The notes under the pieces were generated by a model. It was not told the DNA's origin. It was given only the letters and a program-made list of their open reading frames with translations, and searched no databases. A stretch of 64,000 bases of DNA, from NCBI GenBank assembly GCA_976551045.1, contig CDPCPM010000011.1:5642001-5706000 (forward strand). Reading direction: 5' to 3'. Shown piece after piece: positions 54,262 through 64,000 of the stretch (position 1 is the stretch's first letter; each line of letters starts with the position of its first letter). A program made the position numbers and the translations under genes. This DNA is from Glaucostegus cemiculus. Lineage: Eukaryota.

Positions 54262-54720
54262 CAGACTGAAGGGCTTGAGTTATCAGGAAAGATTGGTTAG
54301 GCTTGATTGGCTTTCCTGGGATCAAAGGAGGCTAAGAGGTGATATGACAGAGGTATATAAAATTATGAGAAGCATAGATAAAAATGGGGTGGATTACCAG
54401 AGTCTGTTCCCCATGATAGAGGTGTTAAAAACTAGAGGGGATAGACTTAAGCTGAGAGGGAAGAGGTTGAAAGGGGATCTGAGGGGTAAATATTTCCCAG
54501 AAAGGGTAGTTGGAATGTGGAATGAACTACCAGAGGAGGTGGCAGAGGCAGGAACAGTAAAAACATTTAAGTATCTGGACAGGTACTTGAATTAGCAGAG
54601 CATAGGGGATATGGAATTAATACAGGCAAGTGGGATTAGTACAGATGGATACAATGGTCTGCACAGACACGGTGAGCTGAAGGTCCTGTTTCTATGCTGT
54701 ACAAATATGACTCTATAATA
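54262..54720 (+). mobile_element. 5'-truncated CR1 LINE
   Basis: ORF 54275-54595 SYQERLVRL..QRRLRGDMTEVYKIMRSID..KTRG..GKYFPERVVGMWNELPEEVAEA..FK; tail GCTGAAGGTCCTGTTTCTATGCTGTA..TGACTCTAT. Confidence 0.93.
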
Positions 54721-54729
54721 GCAGGGCGT

Positions 54730-54960
54730 CACTGACAAGGCAGTGGGACAATGTAGCCCACGCCTCCTTAGATTACCCACTTTAAAGCTCTTTGTGCCTG
54801 GTACAATGCCGCTTGTGTCCCACTGCCAGCTCTCTGTATGTCCACATCTTGCTCGGAGAATAGGAGTGTGGTCATCAGTTCATGAAAAGTGTACCTAGTT
54901 TCCCCGCATACTTGCATGGTAACTTCCAATGCCTGGTCCGTAAATCCTTCTTCCCTCACT
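54730..54960 (-). mobile_element. Possible Harbinger Myb/SANT remnant containing a 12-bp inverted repeat
   Basis: Minus ORF FTDQALEVTMQ resembles FSDxxLExLV; inverted repeat GGCAGTGGGACA (54739-54750) / TGTCCCACTGCC (54816-54827). Confidence 0.35.
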
Positions 54961-56009
54961 CAAGAGCATAAAATTATACAGTCATTCTACTACATAAACA
55001 TTTGTTCCAACCATGATACGCTTCTACAAATTTCAAGTTACATAAGTTTGTGCCTTTCCCTGAGGGTTATAAGCCATGTACTGAACACAGTAGGCCAACA
55101 GGCTTTGCACGAAGAGAGAAAAACGCAAAGGTTGACACTGGCCATACACAAGCAGCAAGTGCCATGCTCACATGTATAATGTAAATATAACAAAGGAATT
55201 CAACATTCAAGGGGTTAACCTTCAGAATACATGAGCTCTGTGATATCAGTTAGGAATTTACAGGTATGGATTAATGTTTTTATTAAATTCCATTAAAATC
55301 TAATAAAATTGTCATCTGACATTTTATCACATGATCTTAGTTTCTAAAACAGCAAGAAAAATACCAATCAAAATCTGTTTTATTCCTCTTTCCATTCAGC
55401 ATGAAACATTATTTTTACATCACTGTGTTAATGCAACTTATTGTTTTGGTGTAGATATCTGGTGTAGTATTCAGTTGTTCATACAAGTCCCATTAATAGG
55501 AAAATCAATAAGGTTGGTTTATTTGTCAATCAAATTTACTTCTTGTTTGATAAATCTAAGCAATCCATAATGTAATCCATTTTATATGGCTGTGTTTGGA
55601 AAACTGGTTTTATGGTGTCAAAAGATTTGTCAGTATAGATTAACCATCACACAGTTTATCAATTAGTTCCATAATTAGTATCTATGATATTGTGTTGACA
55701 CAGCCACTGCATCTGGTAAGCAAATTACTAAACAAGTTTGTTCACCAGATTTCATTAGTTTGAGTGTTTTCTGACCTGGTCATTGATCATTAGTACACCT
55801 GTTGAGAAAAGGTGACATCTCATTGGCTATAAAAATATGACCTTCATCTGCTATGTAATGCCGATGATTCATTTGGTGTGAGACAACTTTAGCTCTGTCT
55901 GAAAAATATGTTTGTAGATCAATTAATAAATGTCTGCTGGAACATATATTATCTAATTTTGCAAAGTCTAATCCAACCGCGCAACTGTTGTCTCAAATGG
56001 GAAGTGCTG

Positions 56010-56652
56010 CACCCAGATGAACAAGAGCAATAGACCTAGGAGAACATTATCACCTTCAAATTTCCCTCAACTCAAACACCATACTAACTTGGACAAATAC
56101 CATATGCCATGTGTTATGGATCTTATATCCTTTATCTTTCCTGGGTGAAATTCACGGAACTTCCCAACAAATTGCATCGTGTGATTGCCTTCATCACTGA
56201 AATGTATCTAATAAGAATTACTGAGGAAAGATTGCTGGCCCGAAATATTCACTGGTTTTCTCTCTCCACAGATACTGCTTAAATGGCTGAGTTCTTCCGG
56301 CACTTTCTGTTTTTGTTTCAGATTCCAGCATCTACAGTTTATTTTGGAGGAAAATGGACAGTCGGCTTTTCAGGTGAAAACCCTTCATCTAGACATCAGG
56401 AGTCCATGTGAATGACCACTGTCCATTTTCCCCCATTGATGCTGCCTGACACGTTGAGTTCCTCCAGCATCTCGTGTGTTGCTCCAGATTCCAGCATCTG
56501 CAGTCTCTCATGTCTACAGTTTTTTTCTGTTTTCCAAGCAAATTACTAAACTGGTTCTTGAACAACTGCAGTGGTTTAGAAGGACAAATAGGAATGGATA
56601 ATAAGATGCCTTCCTTGCCATAGATGCCAGTGTCCAAAGCATGAATAAGAAA
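56010..56652 (+). mobile_element. L2/CR1-group LINE 3' end (same family as 40560 and 43490 copies), interrupted by Penelope pieces
   Basis: GAACATTATCACCTTCAAATTTCCCTC..CTGGGTGAAATTCACGGAACTTCC before the insert; ACTGCAGTGGTTTAGAAGG..ATAGGAATGGATAATAA..CATGAATAAGAAA after it. Confidence 0.65.
56221..56520. mobile_element. Cluster of three Penelope pseudo-LTR fragments (+,-,+)
   Basis: + CTGAGGA..CCCGAAAT..CCACAGATACTGC..GATTCCAGCATCT (56221-56340); - GTCTAGATGAAGGG..CCTGAAA..GACTGTCCATTTTCC (56346-56394); + ACTGTCCATTTTCC..GATGCTGCCTGAC..GATTCCAGCATCTGCAG (56418-56515). Confidence 0.85.
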
Positions 56653-57217
56653 ATTTCAATACAACAATTATAATCTCAAAAATAGTTAAGCCAGATTCTG
56701 AACCAGACTGTTAAAAGTTACAGAAAAACTTTACATAAAGTCAGACATAAAATTTAAGCAGAATACACACTGTTAGATATCAAAAGCCTTTGCTGCAAAA
56801 GTAGCTACTTCCAGCATTAGAAATTTGGGCATTCATCCAGCTCGGATGATCTCCAAAGACCAACTGATTCCTCTTATCTAATTATCCATTATTTCATTTT
56901 AGACCTTTTCAGAAACAAAATGATTACCATAAAAGAATGAATGACAGGCTCAGCTGACTGACAGATCACTACCTCATTTTGAAACCTGGAAATTAGAATT
57001 CTGATCTGCAGAAATATGGAAAACTGTTGTATCATTAAAAGATACACCTGAGATATGTAGCTTGTCCCACATGGAAGAAAGGTCTTAAAACACAACAGTT
57101 GGTTAGAAAGCTGTGCTCAGAATGAAATAAACACTGTACCCAATGTGTATTCAGTTTATCTCATTTACTTTAGTGATAAGTCAACTAAAAGGCAGAATTT
57201 TTAAATTTATCTTTCTG

Positions 57218-57290
57218 CAGCTGGGTGTCACAGGCATAGCCATCATTTATTATCCATCCTTAATATCATAGGTAACAGTGAGCCATCTCA
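57218..57290 (-). mobile_element. Short LINE/SINE 3' tail fragment
   Basis: CTGGGTGTCACAGGCATAGCCATCATTTATTATCCATCCTTAAT..GTGAGCC resembles 40578-40650. Confidence 0.5.
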
Positions 57291-58264
57291 CAGGTATGTG
57301 GTAAAATCACACATAAACATACTAACATAAAACTAATAATAATACATTCATATATCTCTGTATTTCCTGCTTGGTCTTCTAAATGGAGAGGCGTATGTTT
57401 CACTTTTTGATATATCTAATGTGTTACACTATCTTGCATTAGACAATCCCTAGTATGAAGCATCATGAAAATTGTACAAACCCTTGTCAAAGGACCTTGG
57501 TAATAACCTTTGAATGAGATAAACATAGAATAATAAATATAATAACAAGTTAATACTGCAGTTGGCAGCCTGAAGCACTACTCAGTGGATTATCACAATG
57601 TCATCTTGCCTTTAGGAGCTCAGTTTTAATTTAGTCCAGTTTCTTGGATGCACATGTCCTCTTTTCATCCCAAAGTTATGTGAAATGAAATGTATTTGGA
57701 CTATCCAACCAGGAGTGAGATTCCTGACAAAACTGTTTACAATTTGCAAACAACTTTCCAATGACTTCCAAAGAATGGTTTCCATTTTTTTTGAAGATCA
57801 GTCCATTATACATCATTTGTGGATACTGAAACTAAATGTCTAAAAATGGGGCAGAATTACATTTCAAAACAGTGACATCCCTCATTTTAACAGGCAGAAC
57901 TGTCCAAAATATGAATTTAAGAAAATACATGTAAAGTTATATGCAGTAGAATTCAAAAGGTAATATGAACTACACAAGTGAAATGTAAATATCTTGCAAA
58001 GGTTACCTGCAAACCACAATTAGATTACAGTGCGTAATACAATTCTTAGTATCTACTATTTTGCATTATATTCATAATTTGTGCCATTTTTAAATTAAGA
58101 ATTACCACCTCAGTTTTGTACTACTCTTTAGGGAGTTTCATTCCAACAGCGCTGTGAGCTAGTGTGTTTACAAGACAGAATTAACCTCCTTTGTGATATC
58201 ATTACCGTATATTATCAAGGTATAATTTGCAATTGGTTACAAGGACATTCTATGCACAATGTAC

Positions 58265-58268
58265 GTGT

Positions 58269-58349
<81 letters not shown>

Positions 58350-58365
58350 CACACAGATACACACA
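58265..58365. repeat. Compound microsatellite (GT)(CT)(AT)(AC)
   Basis: Direct observation. Confidence 0.98.
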
Positions 58366-61300
58366 TAATGTGAGGGCTTGTTTATTGTAGGAAAAAAATG
58401 TTTCAAACAAGAAGCATATATTTCTTCAACAAAGAATGATAATAGATGTTTCACTCATTTTAGTGATTCTTGGTGCTACTTCACTGACAAAAACTTCCCA
58501 ATTTATGTTTTGTGTGCTTTAAAATACTTTTTTTTGTGAAAAGACTCCTTCATAATGGATCACCACGTGTATAACAAGCAATATCAAGGCCACTATAACA
58601 TACAAATCAGTCTGATTGTACAATTCCAAACTAATTGCAGGATCATTTCTCAGTCAGTTCTATTATATGGTGTTTCTGATTTGCTAAGTAAGCCTAAATC
58701 AAGCCATAACACAATTCTAATTCTTCCCTTTAACGCTAGCTGATTTGAGTAATCTGTTATTTAAATTCAAATATTGCATCGCCAATGTTTGCTGAAGATT
58801 ATTTTGCTAATATCTTTGTCATTCCAGAAGTGTCCTATTGTGACTCAGTTTCACTCACATAATGAAGGAATAAAGCAGGCTGAAGTACAAAAATAACCAA
58901 TTTGTCATTCTTTCTGGCTGTACAGAAATTCTGATCTAAGCATAATCCAGCTTCAAGTGTGAAATTTCCAGGGAAATATGGAATACATTTCCAGCATTCA
59001 GCTGGAATGCAAACCTATCTCTAAGGATATAAATGTACTGCATTGTTCTTCAAAAGTTTCTCTAGTAAATTCATCTCATTAACTGCCAGAAAAAAACTTG
59101 CAGTTCCCAAAGGAGGAGCCATCAAAAAAAAACTTAACCTTAGAAATGCAAGGAATTTTGCATCAACCCCGGATCACAGAAAGGTACTTTGTCTCTTGGA
59201 TAGAAAATCTTACTGCCCAGTGATGTGAATATGATTGGGAAAGAAAGCTAATCAATAGTGAATGAGGAGGTGCCATCGTCAGGGATTTTAATGTGTCAAG
59301 ATTCATTTAACTGCCGAGTGTTAAAGTGACAAAGTGTATTATTATTCACAGAGAGCCTTATAGACCCCTGTTCACTTTTTTGTCAGATGAGACCAGTCAG
59401 CTTAGAAATGGAACTCCACTTTGCATTGGACAATGTAACAATTACAGTTAGACCAGATTTGCAAAAAAACTGCAAAATCCAAATAAAATTGCTACTGAAT
59501 ACATGCATCTTTCTCTTAGCTTGTAAATAGTATTACTATATTTGCTTTATATGAAATTCCGTACATTAACTCTATCACCACTACTATGCTGGTCTATATC
59601 TCAATTAAAAAGGTACACCAAAGCTATATCGTTAGCTACATCTGAGTGATCAATGTTTTTTCTTTAACTGCCACTGGGCATCAAGCACAATGCAAATGGA
59701 GTTTGAATCATAACCATTGTGAGGAAAACCATATCAATGCCAGAAGCATCTATCAGGTGGATGGAATAATGGATAACCACACCCTGTAATTCTTTCTCTT
59801 CATTGCACAGCGAATAAGAGCTTGAGTCCTTCCAAATAACTCCTCACTGCAGCTTGGCTCCAATTAATCTTCAAAGATTGAAAGTCATAGGTGAAGACCA
59901 CGAATCATGCACTCAATGTCCTTCCCTACTAAACCCCCTGTTGTAAACACATTTTTGCAAAAATGTCATGATTATCCAGTCAAGGTTAAATGCAGTAACA
60001 GGATGAGACAAAAGATAATTGAATAATATGTAATTAGGTTAAAACCATGTAACATTGGGCAGAGAGGGAATTAAGCAATAAAATGGAATTGAACTGCCAT
60101 GACATATGAATACAATACTGTAGTTCAGGAGATCGGTGCTGGAATGATACATACAGGAGATTGGATTATAGCATGATATTACACAAGGGAAATTTGGGGA
60201 AATGGGTACAATGTAAATACAAGGGGTATCAATTATGTGGCATTGACAAAATATTTATAATTACATGTTGATAGGGCAGTAATGGTATCACATGATATGC
60301 CACAAGAATTCCATTTCTTCCAGTTGTGGAAATTCCTCTGGATTACAGAATGAGTTGTTTGAATAATTTTCCATCATAATAAGAGTTATATTATGATGTT
60401 GTTGTTGGCAGGCCTCAGTCATTATACCATTGTTAGGAGTTAGATGCACCCCGTGCAGTCTTTATCATTTCCATTCATAATTAGGGCTAATTAATTTATG
60501 CAAATATGGGTTAATTCTCTCTTAATAAGAAGTTTCAGGCAAATATTGCTATGTCAATGTCTCAATTTCATGAAATTTTGTATACAAATTAGTATCAATA
60601 TTTATCTTGCCTTTTTAATGAAAGAATCATTTGCATGTTAATGAGGTCTAATTAGCACTAATTAAGAGCAGAGCCTGAGAGAGAACAGACTGAGAATCAG
60701 GACCCAATGCAAACTGTGTACAAAGAGCAGATACTCTTTTTGCCGAAATATTAAGATTTGGGTTTCCCTTATCTAGGAGCACGTTCACAGTTGGTATGAA
60801 AATAAATACATTATGGTAGTCTGATTTTTAATCAACATGTTTCATAGAGCTGATATACATCCAGTCACTTCTAAAACTAAGTGTGCATTGAGTGTGTTTG
60901 TGTGCGTTATTTGCCTTAGTATGCTGTGAGTCATCCAGCAAACTTAGCAGATTCAAAGTCAAAGTAACAAAACGTCATCTGCTTAGCAACAGGGACGTTT
61001 CATTCACAGCAGGTATCGAGCACAAATATCCTAGGACATTGTTAATTACTTATATCTTCAGTCTTAAGGATGAATCTGAAGCAATACATTCAAATGTATA
61101 AGTGGGGAAAAAAGTTATTAGGCTCCTAAAGAGGATGCAACTGCAAGTATGACAGATTTGTTTTAAACACAACAAGCAATAATGTTGTGAGCTTTTGCAA
61201 AGATTAATTTTAAATCTCAGCAGAAAAGTTGCAGATGAATGGAATTATCTTTTTAAGAAGTGTTGTGAAAAGTAATATTTCATCTCGTTACTTTTTTATT

Positions 61301-62430
61301 TTGAAAGGGAGTTAACTCTTGTATGTTTGCATTAATTTTTACACCAAACCAAATCTGCTCCAACCAGTACAACTAAGTTGCACAGATATACCACATGTGG
61401 AAAATCATACATTGCATCAACTTATTTGAAAATCGCAGAGATGACGGAGATTTGTGGCATAAAAGGACACTATTGAACCCAAACAGCCAACGGAGTTGAA
61501 ATTAATGATCTAGGCCTTTAACCATATACAATTATTCTTCACTGGGATGAACAAACCAAACTCAGCGAGGCATCAGGATCTAACAAGAGACAGGCTGCAT
61601 TTTTGCCATTTACTTCTTCAATTCTCTCTGACGGTGAGCTGCAGAAACCTTGAGTGAGAGTGTTTTATTTCCATGGGATGATACTTTGTGTTTTAACTGC
61701 GGCAATGGGGAAGAGAGATGGGAAAATGGAGCTTACATTTCTCTATCAAATCTTTTACATCTATACCAGGACTATGGTATCAATATGTAAGGTATTTTAT
61801 AAGGGCATACATATTAATTCAGCTTTGGATACTCTATATTATACTGCTGAACAAAATCAACTAATGGTAGCACAGTGTTACAAACTACAGTTCACTGACG
61901 ATCCAACAAAAATCACACACTCAGATAAAATCTGGATTTCATTGCAATGCTATTCTAGAAAGTAGAAGACTGAGAAAGAAACTGTGCTACAATGAAGATG
62001 ATGGTATTACAATCAAGGTGGCGCCATTATAGTTAAAAGGGTGGCATTGTTCAAGTTGACTGCAGAACATGTGACCACTTAAATCAAAATAAATCATAGA
62101 CTGAATGAAGTAGCACTGGAGCAGGGAGAAGTTGATGTCAAAACAGAGAGAAGTGTTTCATGTTGGTGGCCATAAACATGGTTTCGTTTGTACTACTAGT
62201 TTCATTTTTATGTGTTTACTGAAAAACTGTGGTGTGTATAACAAACGCAGCTGAGCACATTTTGATTTGAATTATTTCACAAACATAACAATAATTTTAA
62301 TGATCGAGCATTCACATTTTAAGAAAGAGTTAATGAAAGGATTAAATTGTGTAGCACAATAATAAGTTTCCAAGTGAAAACAGGCTGGATAAATCTGAAC
62401 AGAATAACATTCAGATTCCAAAAATGTATT

Positions 62431-62807
62431 TCTTCATGGGATATGTGTGTTGTTGGCAATCTCACTTTCTATTTCTCATCTTTAGACGTATCATGAACTG
62501 TATTGTTTGCCAGACCATTTTAGAGGTCAGTTAACAGCCAACCTCATTGGTAGGTCTGGAATTATATTTATACCAAGCATAAAGATAGCTGATTTCCTTC
62601 CTAAATGAGATTAGTGAACCAGATGGGTGTTTTATGACATCCAGTTGTTTCATAGCCCCCATTACCGACACTATCTTTTTATTCCAGATTTATTTAATTA
62701 CTTGTATTTAAATATCTAGCTGCTGTGGTGGGATTCAAATTTATGTCTCTGAATCAATAACCCATGTCTCTGGATACCAGTCCAATAACTTAACCATTAT
62801 GCTACCA
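62431..62807 (-). mobile_element. tRNA-derived SINE with a LINE-like 3' tail
   Basis: Minus head TGGTAGCATAATGGTTAAG (A box)..TTTGAATCCCACC (B box); body AAATCTGGAAT..CCCATCTGGTTCACTAAT..GAAGGAAATC..TGGCTGTTAACTGACCTCTAAAATGG; tail ..TTGCCAACAACACACATATCCCATGAA. Confidence 0.8.
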
Positions 62808-63704
62808 AATGGCTTGTGCATTAGCAACTCAAAGAACAGGATTGGCTCAGAGCACCATTGTGAATTTCCAATGTATGCTGGGTTGAGATAATGGCAGCAC
62901 GGTGGTGTTTACAAGGAACAGAGCAGTAAACACACAATGCACATGCGTGTCTACCAAATAATTGTCTAATTGACTGCTGATAGTGGTTATTGATTGATAA
63001 AATAAAATATGTTTCCTCTTGGGAAAGCCCTGAATCCCAGCCCTCAAAACCATTCTGTAAATTTTCCCTGTTTCATGCCACAATCCTTCCTACGTGTGCA
63101 ATTCAACTCAAGTTCCATTTGCCGCAGAAGGATTTAGGAGAGTTTTAAGGAATTATTCCTAGCCAATTATTTAATTTTATTGCTGGAGAAGGAGTTGATT
63201 AAGTAAAAACTCACTTGAAACAGTTAGTATCCACCGGGAAGCATCAAATAAACCAAGTAGAGATATATTCTCTTAAAAACAAATCAGATTTGATCTCAAC
63301 AGAGAAATTACCTTTCTGCACTACCAATTGATCAAAAATAACCTTTCTTAATTAGAAACAGAATTGTATAACATTTAATTTAGCCAGAATATTGAATTCT
63401 GGACCATAGGCATTTTTAACCTTTTCTACACAATTGAGAATTAGGAAACAAGGCAATTGTAAAAGTTACAGAATAATGTGATAACATATGGGACTGATAC
63501 AGATTTCCTGTGAAAGTTGCTAGCGTGAAGATATATGTTCCGACTAGTAAGTAGCTTTGAGAAAACAAATCAAAGGACAAATGGTAACAACAACTGTAAT
63601 ATTTGCAGAATGAAATTTTAAACAAATATTACCAAGTCACAGAAACAATCTGGTTTTATCTTTCATAGCCTATTTTAATAGTTATAATTATCATTTTTTG
63701 GGAA

Positions 63705-64000
63705 ATCTTGGCAGGGTGAATATGGAAAGAATGTTTCCTCTTGTGGGAGAGTCTAAAACTAGGGCTCTTTAAAAATAAGGGATCACCCATTTAAGGCAAA
63801 TGTGGCAATTTTTTTCTCTTGGAAGGTTGTGAGTCTTTGGAACTCTCTTCCTCAAACTGCGAAGGAAACAGATTCTTGGATTTTTTTCAAGGCAGAGGTA
63901 AATCGATTCCTGATAAGTAAGGGGACAAAAGGTTATCTGGTGCAGGTGGGAATATAAAGTTGAGGCTACAGTCAGACCAACCATGATCATATTTAATAGC
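63705..64000 (+). mobile_element. CR1 LINE 3' fragment running off the window end
   Basis: RVNMERMFPLVGESKTR..GGTTGTGAGTCTTTGGAACTCTCTTCCTCAA (VVSLWNSLPQ)..FKAEVNRFL. Confidence 0.9.

Noticed and set aside
61654-61965. 103-aa ORF as an exon or transposase
   Set aside because: No recognisable motif, non-ATG start and no supporting splice structure.
1-64000. CRISPR array, operon or other prokaryotic/phage system
   Set aside because: No regularly spaced repeat-spacer array and no dense long ORFs; the content is vertebrate repeat-rich non-coding DNA.

Overview
Eukaryotic, AT-rich, gene-poor DNA. The repeat content (HE1-type V-SINEs with a CR1-like tail, Deu-domain SINEs, Penelope, Rex1/Babar, L2, CR1) points to a cartilaginous fish, shark or ray; this is an inference. 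No intact host protein-coding gene, rRNA, true tRNA or CRISPR array is supported, and every interpretable ORF is a decayed transposon fragment. Main contents: (1) a fossil Ty3/Gypsy element at ~0.4-4.1 kb interrupted by a Rex1 3' end; (2) a second fossil Gypsy spread over ~33.9-42.6 kb, split by four nested insertions (Penelope hammerhead fragment, two-gene PIF/Harbinger element, V-SINE, L2/CR1-group LINE); (3) Penelope-like elements and at least seven remnants of their hammerhead-ribozyme motif, including an inverted/tandem cluster at 56.2-56.5 kb; (4) many 5'-truncated LINEs and SINEs, with signs of SINE/LINE tail sharing; (5) several repeat-free, homeodomain/POU/TALE-motif-dense blocks that look like candidate conserved enhancers. 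I found no convincing new biological system. The best leads are the ribozyme-bearing Penelope pieces, the apparent V-SINE tail swap and the enhancer-like blocks. All family calls come from recognising motifs by eye; no database search was run and boundaries are approximate.
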